42,778 nucleotides of DNA from a virus (taxonomy: Duplodnaviria > Heunggongvirae > Uroviricota > Caudoviricetes). The notes under the pieces are model-generated. The model saw only the letters and a list, made by a program, of their open reading frames with translations. It was not told where the DNA came from and made no database searches. Shown here one piece after another: positions 17,526 through 29,154 of the stretch (the first letter of the stretch is position 1; the number at the start of each line of letters is the position of its first letter). The position numbers and the translations under genes were made by a program. The stretch covers positions 1 through 42,778 of IMG/VR virus record IMGVR_UViG_2541047878_000002; one strand, given 5' to 3'.

Positions 17526-17601
17526 GCTGGTTTAGCTCCAATGGTAGAGCGGTCGCCTTGTAAGCGAATGGGTAGCGGTTCAAGTCCGTTAACCAGCACC
17601 A
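17526..17601 (+). tRNA. tRNA-like gene, anticodon UGU (Thr), CCA encoded
   Basis: hand-folded cloverleaf: acceptor GCTGGTT/AACCAGC (7/7), D-arm TAGCTCCAATGGTAGAGC, anticodon loop cuUGUaa, T-arm agcgg-TTCAAGT-ccgtt, discriminator A + CCA. Confidence 0.6.
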
Positions 17602-17718
17602 TAACTGAGCCGTAGCCACTGGCTATCATGAATTCCTCAGTGATAGTTACGCTGCGGCCTTCTTTTTCCCCTTCCTAATACAAGAACTACGCAATCCGTT
17701 ACTGGCGGAGGCGTTGCT

Positions 17719-17934
17719 ATGAAATCCATGGATAAGATAACAACGGGTGTCGCCTATGGCACCTCGGCAGGCAGTGCCGGGTACTGGTTTTTACAGTGGC
17801 TTGATCAGGTCAGTCCATCACAGTGGGCTGCTATTGGTGTGCTGGGAAGTCTGGTTCTGGGCTTCCTGACTTATCTGACAAATCTGTACTTCAAAATCAG
17901 AGAAGACAAGCGTAAGGCTGCGAGAGGTGAATAA
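17719..17934 (+). CDS. S: Pinholin, phage 21 S21 type (dual-start MKSM motif)
   Basis: 71 aa [63 protein letters not shown]… matches recalled S21. Confidence 0.85.
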   Translation: MKSMDKITTGVAYGTSAGSAGYWFLQWLDQVSPSQWAAIGVLGSLVLGFLTYLTNLYFKIREDKRKAARGE

Positions 17935-18431
17935 TGTCGCCATCATTACGCAAGGCTGTTGCAGCTGCTATTGGTGGTGGGGCTATTGCCATAGCGTCTA
18001 TGCTCATCACTGGCCCAAGTGGTAACGATGGTCTGGAAGGTGTCAGTTACATACCATACAAAGATATCGTTGGCGTATGGACTGTATGTCACGGACACAC
18101 CGGAAAAGACATTATGCTCGGTAAAACGTATACCGAAGCAGAATGCAAAGCCCTCCTGAATAAAGACCTTGCCACTGTCGCCAGACAAATTAACCCGTAC
18201 ATCAAAGTCGATATACCGGAAACAACGCGCGGCGCTCTTTACTCATTCGTTTACAACGTGGGTGCTGGCAATTTCAGAACATCGACGCTTCTGCGCAAAA
18301 TCAACCAGGGCGATATCAAAGGCGCATGTGATCAGCTACGTCGCTGGACATACGCTGGCGGTAAGCAATGGAAAGGTCTGATGACTCGTCGTGAGATTGA
18401 GCGTGAAATCTGTTTGTGGGGTCAGCAATGA
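17934..18431 (+). CDS. R: SAR endolysin (lysozyme with N-terminal signal-anchor-release domain), R21 type
   Basis: 165 aa; Gly/Ala-rich weakly hydrophobic N-terminus [20 protein letters not shown] followed by a lysozyme-like domain. Confidence 0.85.
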   Translation: MSPSLRKAVAAAIGGGAIAIASMLITGPSGNDGLEGVSYIPYKDIVGVWTVCHGHTGKDIMLGKTYTEAECKALLNKDLATVARQINPYIKVDIPETTRGALYSFVYNVGAGNFRTSTLLRKINQGDIKGACDQLRRWTYAGGKQWKGLMTRREIEREICLWGQQ

Positions 18432-18519
18432 ACATGATTTGCTTTTTCATGGCAGCGTTGCTCGCATTGAATGGCAACGATGCGTGGCCGTGGTTTCTGG
18501 CCGTGGGGGTGTTGATGTC

Positions 18520-18987
18520 ATGAGTCGGTTAACCGCGATTATCTCCGCTCTGGTTATCTGCATCATCGTTTGCCTGTCATGGGCTGTTAATCATTACCGT
18601 GATAACGCCATTACCTACAAAGCCCAGCGCGATAAAAAAGTCAGTGAGCTGAAGCAGGCGACTGCCACCATTACTGACATGCAGCAGCGCCAGCGTTCTG
18701 CTGATGCACTCGATGCTAAATACACGAAGGAGTTAGCTGATGCGAAAGCTGAAAATGATGCTCTTCGGCGCAGGCTTGATAATGGTGGTCGGGTGTTCGT
18801 CAAAGGAAAATGCCCTGTGCCATCCTCAGCCGAAACCTCCAGCGCCTCCGGCATGGGCAATGATGCCACCGTCGAACTCTCTCCAGTTGCTGGACGAAAC
18901 GTTCTCGGTATCCGGGACGGAATTATCCGCGACCAAACAGCACTGAGAACGCTTCAGGAATACATCAGGACGCAATGCCTTCGATGA
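18520..18987 (+). CDS. Rz: Rz i-spanin
   Basis: N-terminal TM helix then coiled-coil periplasmic domain; start at ATG 18520 within ORF-track entry 18391..18987. Confidence 0.75.
   Translation: MSRLTAIISALVICIIVCLSWAVNHYRDNAITYKAQRDKKVSELKQATATITDMQQRQRSADALDAKYTKELADAKAENDALRRRLDNGGRVFVKGKCPVPSSAETSSASGMGNDATVELSPVAGRNVLGIRDGIIRDQTALRTLQEYIRTQCLR
18740..18946 (+). CDS. Rz1: Rz1 o-spanin lipoprotein nested in the +1 frame of Rz
   Basis: 68 aa with signal peptide and lipobox (LIMVVGCSS), Pro-rich mature part, entirely embedded within Rz. Confidence 0.75.
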   Translation: MRKLKMMLFGAGLIMVVGCSSKENALCHPQPKPPAPPAWAMMPPSNSLQLLDETFSVSGTELSATKQH

Positions 18988-19161
18988 TAGCGATAATTTT
19001 ACTCATCATCCTTCACATCTGGCTCTGTAGACAGGATGGTGATCACTTCTGGAGTGAATCCAGATTAAACATCTCATTGCTGATGCTTGATATTGAGCAT
19101 CTGGCGCGCGGTAAGGGGCTGCGTTGAGATAAGAGCCAGTCATTACAAATACCAGGATTTA

Positions 19162-19186
19162 GCCTCGCATTTGCGGGGTTTTTTAT
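19162..19186 (+). terminator. Intrinsic terminator after the lysis cassette
   Basis: cctcgc-attt-gcgggg hairpin followed by TTTTTTAT. Confidence 0.4.
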
Positions 19187-19208
19187 TCCCAACTCCATAG
19201 GTAATTTT

Positions 19209-19688
19209 ATGACCCAGCATATTGGCGTAAAACTGATTAACGCCTTTCCGATGACGAGACAGGCATATAACGATTTTCGTGGCTGGCAGCTTCCTGCCGG
19301 AGAAAACGGCGAGGATGAAGGCTATCTGGTTGAATATCTGGATGGCGGAAAACCTAACACCGATCGCTTTGATGGCTACGTTAGCTGGAGTCCAAAAGAA
19401 GTATTCGAAAAGGCTTATCGTCCTGTATCAGGGCTAAGTTTCGGTCTGGCCATGGAAGCGTTAAAACAGGGAAAGAGTTTGCAGCGGGCAGGATGGAATG
19501 GGAAAGACCAGTTTGTTTATCTCGTGAAAGGGGAAAAATTAGCGTCTGCGTTGGGTTATGGCTTTGGCGAATATGTTGGCGAGCCAACTTTCAATGACAC
19601 GCTTGTATTGAAAAACTCACAGAACCGCCTTGCTACATGGGGTCCATCCATTGGCGACCTGATGGCTGAAGACTGGCAAATCATTTAA
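19209..19688 (+). CDS. Hypothetical protein (159 aa); C-terminal half possibly DUF2829-like
   Basis: ORF between lysis and packaging modules; C-terminal segment …FGLAMEALKQGKSLQRAGWNGKDQFVYLV…LATWGPSIGDLMAEDWQII; family link is tentative recollection. Confidence 0.5.
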   Translation: MTQHIGVKLINAFPMTRQAYNDFRGWQLPAGENGEDEGYLVEYLDGGKPNTDRFDGYVSWSPKEVFEKAYRPVSGLSFGLAMEALKQGKSLQRAGWNGKDQFVYLVKGEKLASALGYGFGEYVGEPTFNDTLVLKNSQNRLATWGPSIGDLMAEDWQII

Positions 19689-19990
19689 CCGTGTAGGCAT
19701 TACAAAGCCTATCTACGGGTGGGCTTGATAATGAAACCGGAATTTATTCTTGGCAACCAGTTACGGCAGTACCACGAAGCAACCCAAGCCAGTAAGTGGG
19801 GAAATAACACTGGCAGCCACTGAAAGATGAACCTCCTGCCTTATGGCAAAAAAGATTCTTTGTGGTGGCGGACTGATGGAAAGACATCGGTTATTGCAGA
19901 GGCCATTCAATGAATGGTCTCGACAATGGCTTATACCATACACGGGATAACTTAACTGATATCCCTTTCAACGGATAAACGGAGCCAACA

Positions 19991-20233
19991 ATGGCAGAGA
20001 TTATTCCCATGACTGAAGAACAGAAATTCCAGTTAGAGATTTACAAACTGGTCATGAACCAGAACGCAGCTGCAGAGGAAGCATTTCAGTTCATTGGCAC
20101 TGACGAACTGAAGCTTGAGCTATTCAAAATTCACTTCCAGTCAGGCGGCGCTAATTCGGATATCACGACCCGCACTATCGAAGCGGTGCGTAAATCGAAG
20201 GAAGCGTTAGACCTGTTCACCACCGGAGCATGA
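19991..20233 (+). CDS. Hypothetical protein upstream of terminase
   Basis: 80-aa ORF with GGAG SD. Confidence 0.45.
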   Translation: MAEIIPMTEEQKFQLEIYKLVMNQNAAAEEAFQFIGTDELKLELFKIHFQSGGANSDITTRTIEAVRKSKEALDLFTTGA

Positions 20234-20262
20234 TGCTCAACCTGAAATAACAACTAAGTGAG

Positions 20263-20757
20263 ATGAATATGGCAGCACCAAAGGGCAACCGATTTTGGGA
20301 GGCCCGCAGTAGTCATGGGCGAAATCCTAAATTCGAATCGCCTGAGGCGCTGTGGGCTGCTTGTTGTGAATACTTCGAGTGGGTGGAAGCTAACCCGCTA
20401 TGGGAGATGAAGGCGTTCTCGTATCAGGGTGAAGTGATACAAGAGCCTATCGCCAAGATGCGAGCGATGACCATTACCGGACTCACTCTGTTCATTGATG
20501 TGACGCTTGAAACATGGCGCACATATCGCCTGCGAGAAGATTTATCTGAAGTCGTTACGCGAGCAGAGCAGGTCATCTACGATCAGAAATTCTCTGGCGC
20601 AGCCGCTGACCTTCTCAACGCTAACATCATCGCCCGTGATTTGGGCCTCAAAGAGCAGTCGCAAGTTGAAGACGTGACACCTGATAAGGGAGATCGCGAT
20701 AAGCGGCGCTCTCGTATCAAGGAGCTATTCAACCGTGGAACTGGACGCGATTCTTGA
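20263..20757 (+). CDS. Terminase small subunit, P22 gp3 type
   Basis: matches recalled P22 gp3 ([47 protein letters not shown]…); likely true start is the ATG at 20269; contains the pac site. Confidence 0.85.
   Translation: MNMAAPKGNRFWEARSSHGRNPKFESPEALWAACCEYFEWVEANPLWEMKAFSYQGEVIQEPIAKMRAMTITGLTLFIDVTLETWRTYRLREDLSEVVTRAEQVIYDQKFSGAAADLLNANIIARDLGLKEQSQVEDVTPDKGDRDKRRSRIKELFNRGTGRDS
20536..20557 (+). other. Candidate P22-type pac site within the terS gene
   Basis: GAAGATTTATCTGAAGTCGTTA matches my recollection of the 22-bp P22 pac sequence. Confidence 0.5.
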
Positions 20758-22234
20758 TAACCTGAGCGACGAAGAGCAAATCGAATTGCTCGAGCTACTC
20801 GAAGAAGAAGAGAGCTACCGGAACACACACCTGCTATATGAATTTACGCCATACAGCAAACAGCGTGAGTTCATCGACGCCGGGCATGACTATCCAGAGC
20901 GCTGTTTTATGGCTGGTAACCAGCTTGGTAAGTCATTTACTGGTGCTGCTGAAGTCGCGTTTCACCTTACCGGGCGTTATCCGGGCACAAAAGGCTATCC
21001 TGCTGATGGTAAATATGGCGGGGAGTGGAAAGGTAAGCGTTTCTATGAGCCTGTTGTCTTCTGGATTGGCGGCGAGACAAACGAGACGGTAACCAAAACG
21101 ACTCAACGCATCCTGTGCGGTCGTATTGAAGAGAATGATGAACCGGGCTACGGTTCAATACCGAAAGAGGACATCATTAGCTGGAAGAAGTCTCCTTTCT
21201 TTCCGAACCTTGTTGATCATCTTCTGGTTAAGCATCACACGGTTGATGGCGTTGAAGATGGCATTTCAATCTGCTACTTCAAGCCATACTCGCAAGGCCG
21301 TGCTCGCTGGCAGGGTGACACAATCCACGGCGTGTGGTTTGACGAAGAGCCACCATACAGCATTTATGGCGAAGGTCTTACCCGTACCAACAAATACGGG
21401 CAATTCTCAATTCTGACGTTTACCCCGCTGATGGGGATGTCTGACGTTGTTACCAAGTTCCTGAAGAATCCCAGCAAGTCGCAGAAAGTGGTCAACATGA
21501 CCATCTATGACGCTGAGCACTACACCGACGAGCAGAAAGAGCAAATCATCGCATCCTATCCTGAGCATGAGAGAGAGGCGCGTGCTCGCGGTATTCCTAC
21601 GATGGGTAGCGGGCGAATCTTCCAGATACCGGAAGAGACGATTAAGTGTCAGCCGTTTGAGTGTCCTGATCACTTCTACGTAATTGGCGGGATGGATTTC
21701 GGATGGGATCACCCGCAGGCGCAGGTTCAGCTTTGGTGGGATAAGGACGCAGACACAATCTACGTTTCACGCGTGTGGAAGGCGAAAGAAAAAACAGCCG
21801 TTCAGGCGTGGGGAGCCGTTAAATCATGGGCGCATAAAGTGCCAACCGCATGGCCTCATGACGGAAACCAGCATGAGAAGGGCGGCGGTGAGCAGCTCAA
21901 AGGGCAGTATGCAGATGCTGGATTTATGATGTTGCAGGAGCATGCGACATGGCCTGATGGCGGTAATGCTGTTGAGCCTGGAATCACTGAATTGCGAGAC
22001 ATGATGCTCGACGGTCGCTTCAAAGTATTCAACACCTGTGAGCCATTCTTTGAGGAGTTCCGTCTCTATCACCGTGATGAAAACGGGAAAATCGTCAAGC
22101 TTAACGACGACGTGCTCTCCGCCGTTCGCTATGCATACATGATGCGCCGCTTCGCCAAAATGATGCGCGACATCAAAAAACCAAAAGAGAAAAAGATACC
22201 AGCCCCAATCAGGCCCATCGCACGGAGAACTTAA
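20735..22234 (+). CDS. Terminase large subunit, P22 gp2 type
   Basis: 499 aa, GTG start overlapping terS end; N-terminus [26 protein letters not shown]… as recalled for P22 gp2. Confidence 0.9.
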   Translation: MELDAILDNLSDEEQIELLELLEEEESYRNTHLLYEFTPYSKQREFIDAGHDYPERCFMAGNQLGKSFTGAAEVAFHLTGRYPGTKGYPADGKYGGEWKGKRFYEPVVFWIGGETNETVTKTTQRILCGRIEENDEPGYGSIPKEDIISWKKSPFFPNLVDHLLVKHHTVDGVEDGISICYFKPYSQGRARWQGDTIHGVWFDEEPPYSIYGEGLTRTNKYGQFSILTFTPLMGMSDVVTKFLKNPSKSQKVVNMTIYDAEHYTDEQKEQIIASYPEHEREARARGIPTMGSGRIFQIPEETIKCQPFECPDHFYVIGGMDFGWDHPQAQVQLWWDKDADTIYVSRVWKAKEKTAVQAWGAVKSWAHKVPTAWPHDGNQHEKGGGEQLKGQYADAGFMMLQEHATWPDGGNAVEPGITELRDMMLDGRFKVFNTCEPFFEEFRLYHRDENGKIVKLNDDVLSAVRYAYMMRRFAKMMRDIKKPKEKKIPAPIRPIARRT

Positions 22235-24400
22235 ATGGCCGACGAAAACAGACTCAATTCCATTCTGTGCAAGTTTGACGCGGACTGGATGGCGAGCGAT
22301 GAAGCCAGAACCGAGGCGACAAATGACCTGTATTTTAGCCGAGTGTCGCAATGGGATGACTGGCTATCAAACTACACCACCCTGCAATATCGCGGACAAT
22401 TCGATGTTGTTCGCCCGGTGGTCAGGAAACTGGTCGCAGAGATGCGCCGGAACCCTATCGACGTTCTCTTCCGACCCAAAGACGGTGCTAATCCTGATGC
22501 AGCCGATGTGTTGATGGGGATGTATCGTACTGATATGCGCCATAACACGGCAAAGATTGCCGTTAACGTTGGCGTTCGTGAGCAGATAGAGTCCGGCGTT
22601 GGTGCATGGCGTCTGGTCACCCAGTACGAAGACAACGACCCAACAAGCAACAATCAGGTAATCCGACGCCTGCCAATCCATGAAGCCTGCTCACACGTCA
22701 TATGGGACGCCAACAGCAAGCAGATGGATAAGAGCGACGCTAAGCACTGCACGGTGATTAACGCTTTGTCACGCAATGGCTGGAAAGAGTTCGCAGAGGA
22801 TTACGGTATTGATCCTGACACCCTGCCATCTTTCCAGAATCCTAACGATACATGGCTATTCCCGTGGGTATCGAATGATGTCGTCTACGTCGCTGAGTAT
22901 TACGAGGTAGAAGAGAAGAAGGAGAAAGTCTTCATCTACCGCGACCCGCTGACAGGTGAGCCGGTCAGCTATTACCAGAAGGATATCAAAGACGTCATCG
23001 ACGACCTGGCTAATCGTGGATTCATTAAGGTAGCAGAGCGTAAGGTCAAGCGTCGTCGTGTGTATAAGTCGATCATCACCTGCACGCAGATACTGAAAGA
23101 CCGCGAGAAGATAGCAGGAGAGCATATTCCAATCGTTCCAGTGTATGGTGAATGGTCATTCGCTGGTGACAAGGAGTGCTACGAAGGAGTGGTAAGGCTG
23201 ACGAAAGACGGTCAACGCCTTCGTAACATGATCATGTCATTCAACGCCGATATCGTTGCTCGTTCACCGAAGAAGAAACCGACCTTCTTCCCTGAGCAAA
23301 TCGAAGGATACGAATACATGTACGGAGGAAATGATGACTATCCGTACTATCTGCAGAACAAGACCGATGAAAACGGTAACGACCTGCCGATTGGTCCAAT
23401 CTCCTACATGGAAAACCCTGAAGTGCCGCAAGCCAACGCTTACATGCTTGAGGCTGCCACCAACGCAGTGAAAGAGGTAGCTAGTCTTGGCGTGGATGCG
23501 CAGGCGGCAAATGGTCAGGTCGCTTTCGATACCGTCAATCAACTGAACATGCGGGCAGACCTTGAGACATACGTGTTTCAGGATAACCTGGCTACCGCAA
23601 TGCGACGTGATGGCGAGATTTATGCCTCAATGGTCAACGATATTTATGACGTTCCTCGCCATGTAACGCTGACTCTTGAAGACGGAAGCGAGAAAGACGT
23701 TCAACTCTACGCGCAAGTTGTAGATTACCAGTCCGGTAATGTGGTCACACTCAACGACATTCGCGGTCGCTATGAGTGCTATACAGACGTTGGGCCATCC
23801 TTCCAGAGCATGAAGGAACAGAACCGCGCAGAGATTCAGGAGTTACTAACCAAGGTTCCGCAAGGTACTCCAGAGTTCCAGATGCTGATGCTGCAATACT
23901 TCACGCTGCTTGACGGTAAAGGCGTCGAGATGATGCGAGAGTACGCGAACAAGCAACTGGTGATGATGGGGCTGAAGAAACCAGAAACACCTGAAGAGAT
24001 GGAGATGGTGCAGCAGGCACAACAACAGCCGCAGCAGCCATCAGCAGAGCAAATTCAGGCGCAGGGCATCCTTCTGCAAGGTCAGGCTGAATTGCTCAAG
24101 GCAGAGAACCAACAGGCGCAGATTCAGGTTGAAGCTGCCAAGGTTGAAGCCCAGAACCAACTCAACGCCGCGAAGATTGCAGAAATCTTCAACAATATGG
24201 ACCTCGACAAGCAGGCAGAACTGCGTGAGTACCTCAAGCTCGTAGGTCAATTCCAGCAACAGCGCAGCAAAGATGCTCGTGCTAACGCTGAGCTGCTTCT
24301 TAAAGATGCAGACCAGACTCATTCACAACGCATGGATTTCGCGAATCTTATGCGTCAAGTTCAAATCCCCTCCGGCGGAGTAGCCGAGACACCTCAATAA
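22235..24400 (+). CDS. Portal protein, P22 gp1 type
   Basis: 721 aa, extensive similarity to recalled P22 gp1 including the C-terminal Gln-rich barrel region. Confidence 0.9.
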   Translation: MADENRLNSILCKFDADWMASDEARTEATNDLYFSRVSQWDDWLSNYTTLQYRGQFDVVRPVVRKLVAEMRRNPIDVLFRPKDGANPDAADVLMGMYRTDMRHNTAKIAVNVGVREQIESGVGAWRLVTQYEDNDPTSNNQVIRRLPIHEACSHVIWDANSKQMDKSDAKHCTVINALSRNGWKEFAEDYGIDPDTLPSFQNPNDTWLFPWVSNDVVYVAEYYEVEEKKEKVFIYRDPLTGEPVSYYQKDIKDVIDDLANRGFIKVAERKVKRRRVYKSIITCTQILKDREKIAGEHIPIVPVYGEWSFAGDKECYEGVVRLTKDGQRLRNMIMSFNADIVARSPKKKPTFFPEQIEGYEYMYGGNDDYPYYLQNKTDENGNDLPIGPISYMENPEVPQANAYMLEAATNAVKEVASLGVDAQAANGQVAFDTVNQLNMRADLETYVFQDNLATAMRRDGEIYASMVNDIYDVPRHVTLTLEDGSEKDVQLYAQVVDYQSGNVVTLNDIRGRYECYTDVGPSFQSMKEQNRAEIQELLTKVPQGTPEFQMLMLQYFTLLDGKGVEMMREYANKQLVMMGLKKPETPEEMEMVQQAQQQPQQPSAEQIQAQGILLQGQAELLKAENQQAQIQVEAAKVEAQNQLNAAKIAEIFNNMDLDKQAELREYLKLVGQFQQQRSKDARANAELLLKDADQTHSQRMDFANLMRQVQIPSGGVAETPQ

Positions 24401-24413
24401 GAGAGAGTTAATC

Positions 24414-25325
24414 ATGGACCAAACCACCGACATTCAGGCTTCTGAAGAATTAACCCTGCCTGGCAATCATGCAGCGGCATCTGCTGATGGCTTAGTTGTC
24501 GATAATGCCAACGACAACGCAGGTCAGGAAGAAGGCTTCGAGATTGTCCTGAAAGACGATGAGAAACCAAAACAAGACCCGGCAACTAATGCTGAATTTG
24601 CCCGTCGCCGCATCGAACGCAAACGCCAGCGTGAGCTTGAGCAGCAGATGGAAGCGGTTAAGCGTGGAGAGTTGCCGGAGCACCTGCGGGTGAACCCTGA
24701 GTTACCAAAACAACCAGACCCTAACGATTATCTTTCCGAAGATGCACTGGCTAAGTACGACTATGACCAGAGCCGCGCACTGGCTGCCTTCCAGCAGGCA
24801 AACAGTGAATGGCAGATCAAGGCTATGGACGCACGAAGCCAGGCTGTCGCCGAGCAGGGTCGCAAAACTCAGGAGTTCACCCAGCAATCAGCGCAATACG
24901 TCGAGGCAGCCCGTAAGCACTACGACGCAGCGGAAAAGCTCAATATCCCTGACTATCAGGAGAAAGAGGATGCATTCATGCAACTGGTGCCGCCAGCAGT
25001 CGGTGCCGACATCATGCGCCTCTTCCCGGAGAAATCCGCCGCTCTCATGTATCACCTTGGTGCTAATCCTGAGAAAACACGCCAGTTGCTGGCGATGGAC
25101 GGGCAATCCGCGCTGATTGAACTCACTCGACTGTCAGAACGTTTAACTCTCAAGCCTCGAGCCAAACCTGTTTCAGAAGCCCCGCTACCTGATGAACCCA
25201 TTCATGGACACGCTGTTGCTGCAAATATATCTGCGATTGAAAAGCAGATGGAAGCGGCAGCAAACAAAGGGGATGTAGAGACATACCGCAAGCTCAAGGC
25301 GCAACTGAATAAAGGAATTCGATAA
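24414..25325 (+). CDS. Scaffolding protein, P22 gp8 type
   Basis: 303 aa, close match to recalled P22 gp8 (…[30 protein letters not shown]…[11 protein letters not shown]…). Confidence 0.85.
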   Translation: MDQTTDIQASEELTLPGNHAAASADGLVVDNANDNAGQEEGFEIVLKDDEKPKQDPATNAEFARRRIERKRQRELEQQMEAVKRGELPEHLRVNPELPKQPDPNDYLSEDALAKYDYDQSRALAAFQQANSEWQIKAMDARSQAVAEQGRKTQEFTQQSAQYVEAARKHYDAAEKLNIPDYQEKEDAFMQLVPPAVGADIMRLFPEKSAALMYHLGANPEKTRQLLAMDGQSALIELTRLSERLTLKPRAKPVSEAPLPDEPIHGHAVAANISAIEKQMEAAANKGDVETYRKLKAQLNKGIR

Positions 25326-26620
25326 TGGCATTAAATGAAGGTCAACTGGTCACGTATGCTCTGGATGAAATCATCGAAACCGTCCAGAACCTGACGCCAA
25401 TGGCGTCCAAAGTGACAAAATACACCCCTCCGGCAGAATCCATGCAGCGTTCAAGCAACACCGTGTGGATGCCTGTTGAGCAGGAAGCGCCAACTCAGAC
25501 TGGCTGGGATTTAACTGGCAACGCTACCGGGATTCTGGAACTCTCCGTGAAATGCAACATGGGCGATCCGGATAACGATTTCTTCGAACTTCGTGCAGAT
25601 GACCTGCGTGATGAGCGTTCTTACCGTCGCCGCATCCAGGCATCCGCCAAAAAACTGGCGAATAACATTGAGTCAGCGATTGCCAAACAGGCAACTGAAA
25701 TGGGCTCGCTTGTTGTTCACGATACCCGCGCAATTGGTCCATCTACTGGCCTGTCTGGCTGGGATTTTGTGTCTGATGCAGAGCGCCTGATGTTCTCCCG
25801 TGAGCTAAACCGCGACATGGGCATCAGTTACTTCCTGAACCCTGACGATTACCGCAAAGCAGGCCGCAACCTGGTAGATGGTGACATCTTTGGGCGCGTT
25901 CCTGAAGAAGCGTATCGCAACGGTACTATTCAGCGTCAGATTGCTGGCTTTGATGAAATTCTTCGCTCACCGAAACTTCCGGCAGTTACCAAGTCAACCG
26001 CGACTGGTGTAACTGTTTCTGGTGCGCAGAAGTTTAAGCCGCAGGCATACACCCTTGATACCGATGGTAACAAAGAGAACGTCGACAACCGTGTTGCAAC
26101 GGTGACCGTATCCTCCACCACCGGATTTAAGCGCGGCGACAAAATCAGCTTCACTGGTGTGAAATTCCTGTCTCAGATGGCGAAGAACGTGCTGACTGAT
26201 GATGCTACTTTCTCAATCACCCGCGTGATCGATAGTACTCACATCGAAATCACGCCGAAGCCGATTGCACTGGATGACGCGTCACTGACAAAAGAAGAGA
26301 AGGCTTACGCTAACGTAAACACCTCTCTTGCTGAGACCACTCCGGTAAACGTTCTGAACGTGGCAACAACAACCGCTAACGTGTTCTGGGCTGATGACTC
26401 AATCCGTCTGCTGTCTCAGCCGATCCCGGTAACCCATGAACTGTTTGCTGGCATGAAAACGTCTTCCTTCAGCATTCCTGGTATTGGTGTTAACGGCATC
26501 TTCGCAACGCAGGGTGATATCAACACTCTGTCTGGTAAGTGCCGTATTGCTGTGTGGTATTCAGCATGTGCTGTACGACCAGAGGCAATTGGTGTTGGTC
26601 TGCCTAACCAGACCGCGTGA
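25325..26620 (+). CDS. Major coat protein, P22 gp5 type
   Basis: 431 aa, close match to recalled P22 gp5 (MALNEGQ…VGLPGQTA-like C-terminus). Confidence 0.9.
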   Translation: MALNEGQLVTYALDEIIETVQNLTPMASKVTKYTPPAESMQRSSNTVWMPVEQEAPTQTGWDLTGNATGILELSVKCNMGDPDNDFFELRADDLRDERSYRRRIQASAKKLANNIESAIAKQATEMGSLVVHDTRAIGPSTGLSGWDFVSDAERLMFSRELNRDMGISYFLNPDDYRKAGRNLVDGDIFGRVPEEAYRNGTIQRQIAGFDEILRSPKLPAVTKSTATGVTVSGAQKFKPQAYTLDTDGNKENVDNRVATVTVSSTTGFKRGDKISFTGVKFLSQMAKNVLTDDATFSITRVIDSTHIEITPKPIALDDASLTKEEKAYANVNTSLAETTPVNVLNVATTTANVFWADDSIRLLSQPIPVTHELFAGMKTSSFSIPGIGVNGIFATQGDINTLSGKCRIAVWYSACAVRPEAIGVGLPNQTA

Positions 26621-26663
26621 TAACCAGAGGGAGCTTCTGCTCCCTTTTCTATTGGAGATACCA

Positions 26664-27257
26664 ATGAGCGTAATGATTTTTCAGGCTGGCGGAGATACCA
26701 AAATCTGGGGACGCAAGCTGAAAACGAAAACCGTTGATCCTGATGATGTAGCTGTGCACTTAGCAAATGGCTGGTATAAGCACCCTGACGATGTTCCTGA
26801 TGATCCTCTTGTTGGTGATCACATTAGGAGTGTTGGCGGAGGTGAAACTTCCCCAGTTGATATGGGCGAAGTGTCCGACGGTTATCACACTTTTAACGAG
26901 CTTTACGCTCACCGAGTGCGCCTCTTCTCATCGCTGATGCATGCTTACGCTGAGCTTTCGTGGTGGTCTCGCAAACACAGTGACGGTGAAGAGTGGGATG
27001 GCTGGATCATTGCTGGTATCACCACTCCAGAAGGCGAAATCACTTATCACCTACCTGTTGAAGAAATCGAGTTCCTTCCTGAAGGTACTGAGCTTGAGTT
27101 CGGGAAAGAGTGGGATGGTCATGAAGCAAATGATGTTCTTGGACGACTCCTGAGTTTGCGTCCGGCTATTGCAGAGCCAGAGCCAGAAGAAAAACAGCGT
27201 AAAAAGCCTGGTCGAAAACCTAAGGCGGCAGCAGATGAACCTGACAACGAAGGGTGA
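26664..27257 (+). CDS. Hypothetical acidic protein between coat and gp4 (197 aa)
   Basis: ATG at 26664 with GGAG SD (in-frame internal start of ORF-track entry 26484..27257, which overlaps coat); basic C-terminal tail [11 protein letters not shown]. Confidence 0.5.
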   Translation: MSVMIFQAGGDTKIWGRKLKTKTVDPDDVAVHLANGWYKHPDDVPDDPLVGDHIRSVGGGETSPVDMGEVSDGYHTFNELYAHRVRLFSSLMHAYAELSWWSRKHSDGEEWDGWIIAGITTPEGEITYHLPVEEIEFLPEGTELEFGKEWDGHEANDVLGRLLSLRPAIAEPEPEEKQRKKPGRKPKAAADEPDNEG

Positions 27258-27735
27258 TTTAGTCCTTGCGGCATTACGTAAGCTCGGTGTGGCATCAAAT
27301 GCCACGTTAACAGATGTCGAACCGCAGTCTATGGAAGACGGCGTCAACGACCTTGAAATGATGATGGCTGAATGGATTGGCGGTGATGCGTCACCTGGTA
27401 TCAACGTTGGCTACATTTTTGCTGATGCAGATGTTGCTCCGGATCCGGGCGATGAGCACGGTTTATCAAATAACGCTATCAATGCCGTCATTTTCAACCT
27501 TGCCTGCCGCATTGCTCCAGATTATGCGCTGGAAGCGTCTGCAAAACTTATAACCACTGCCAGATACGGGAAAGAGCGACTCGTCAAACTGTCTGCAATG
27601 GATAGGGCAAAAGCCGCTAAATGTAAGTCCGGTTATCCAAACCGTATGCCTGTTGGTAGCGGTAACCAGTTGGCGAAGTGGAACGGTTGGAATTACTTCC
27701 ACCGGAAGGAACCTTGCGATAACGGGAGCGAATAA
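27235..27735 (+). CDS. Head-tail adaptor / head completion protein, P22 gp4 type
   Basis: 166 aa from ATG 27235; …[26 protein letters not shown]… matches recalled gp4. Confidence 0.8.
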   Translation: MNLTTKGDLVLAALRKLGVASNATLTDVEPQSMEDGVNDLEMMMAEWIGGDASPGINVGYIFADADVAPDPGDEHGLSNNAINAVIFNLACRIAPDYALEASAKLITTARYGKERLVKLSAMDRAKAAKCKSGYPNRMPVGSGNQLAKWNGWNYFHRKEPCDNGSE

Positions 27736-29154
27736 ATGCCGATTCAGCAACTTCCGCTTATGAAAGGTGTCGGCAAAGACTTTCGAAACGCCGACTATAT
27801 CGACTATCTGCCAGTGAATATGCTGGCTACACCCAAAGAAATCCTCAACAGCAGCGGATATCTTCGCTCATTCCCGGGCATTGCCAAACGTTCCGACGTG
27901 AACGGCGTATCGCGGGGCGTCGAGTACAACATGGCGCAGAATGCTGTTTATCGCGTGTGTGGTGGCAAGCTGTATAAGGGCGAAAGTGAAGTCGGTGATG
28001 TTGCCGGAAGTGGTCGCGTATCAATGGCGCATGGTCGGACATCACAGGCGGTAGGCGTTAATGGTCAACTGGTCGAGTATCGTTATGATGGCACGGTTAA
28101 AACCGTCTCAAACTGGCCTACAGACAGCGGATTCACTCAGTATGAGTTAGGCTCAGTCCGTGACATTACGCGCTTACGTGGGCGTTATGCGTGGTCAAAA
28201 GACGGAACTGATTCATGGTTTATCACTGACCTTGAAGACGAATCGCATCCTGACCGTTACAGCGCACAATATCGCGCAGAATCGCAGCCGGACGGCATCA
28301 TCGGTATCGGCACATGGCGAGACTTCATAGTCTGCTTTGGTTCGTCGACGATTGAATATTTCTCCCTGACTGGTGCAACCACAGTTGGTGCTGCTTTGTA
28401 TGTCGCACAGCCATCACTGATGGTGCAAAAAGGCATCGCCGGGACTTACTGCAAAACGCCATTCGCTGATTCTTATGCGTTCATCAGCAATCCGGCAACG
28501 GGTGCGCCGTCTGTATACATCATCGGCTCCGGTCAGTTATCACCAATCGCCAGCGCGAGCATTGAGAAAATACTACGCTCCTACACTGCTGATGAACTGG
28601 CTGATGGCGTGATGGAATCGTTGCGGTTTGATGCTCATGAGTTGCTGATTATTCACCTGCCGCGCCATGTTCTTGTTTACGACGCATCTTCAAGCGCCAA
28701 TGGTCCGCAATGGTGTGTACTGAAAACAGGCCTGTATGACGATGTGTACCGCGCTATCGACTTCATTTACGAAGGCAATCAGATAACGTGCGGCGATAAG
28801 CTTGAATCGATGACAGGGAAATTGCAGTTCGATATCAGCAGCCAGTACGACAAGCAACAGGAACACCTGCTGTTTACTCCGTTGTTCAAAGCAGATAACG
28901 CCAGAGTTTTCGACCTTGAAGTTGAATCTTCAACTGGCGTTGCGCAGTACGCTGACCGCCTGTTCCTATCGGCAACCACTGACGGCATCAATTACGGACG
29001 TGAGCAGATGATTGAGCAGAATGAACCGTTCGTTTACGACAAACGCGTTTTGTGGAAGAAAGTAGGGCGCATCAGGAAAAATGTCGGCTTCAAATTGCGC
29101 GTTATCACGAAGTCACCTGTAACTCTGTCTGGCTGCCAGATAAGGATTGAGTAA
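27736..29154 (+). CDS. Tail hub protein, P22 gp10 type
   Basis: 472 aa, near-identical to recalled P22 gp10 over most of its length. Confidence 0.85.
   Translation: MPIQQLPLMKGVGKDFRNADYIDYLPVNMLATPKEILNSSGYLRSFPGIAKRSDVNGVSRGVEYNMAQNAVYRVCGGKLYKGESEVGDVAGSGRVSMAHGRTSQAVGVNGQLVEYRYDGTVKTVSNWPTDSGFTQYELGSVRDITRLRGRYAWSKDGTDSWFITDLEDESHPDRYSAQYRAESQPDGIIGIGTWRDFIVCFGSSTIEYFSLTGATTVGAALYVAQPSLMVQKGIAGTYCKTPFADSYAFISNPATGAPSVYIIGSGQLSPIASASIEKILRSYTADELADGVMESLRFDAHELLIIHLPRHVLVYDASSSANGPQWCVLKTGLYDDVYRAIDFIYEGNQITCGDKLESMTGKLQFDISSQYDKQQEHLLFTPLFKADNARVFDLEVESSTGVAQYADRLFLSATTDGINYGREQMIEQNEPFVYDKRVLWKKVGRIRKNVGFKLRVITKSPVTLSGCQIRIE

Noticed and set aside
17602-17718. Possible third tRNA after the two tRNA-like genes
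   Set aside because: No T-loop (TTCRANT) or acceptor/CCA arrangement found; only a simple inverted repeat (ctatca…tgatag).
18428-18523. 31-aa hydrophobic ORF between the endolysin and Rz
   Set aside because: Overlaps both neighbours and has no SD; phage-21-type cassettes are not known to me to carry a gene here.
21824-22351. 175-aa minus-strand ORF across the terminase/portal junction
   Set aside because: Antisense to two strongly supported structural genes.
26484-26663. N-terminal extension of the ORF between coat and gp4
   Set aside because: Would overlap the coat gene for 137 nt in another frame; the ATG at 26664 has a proper SD.
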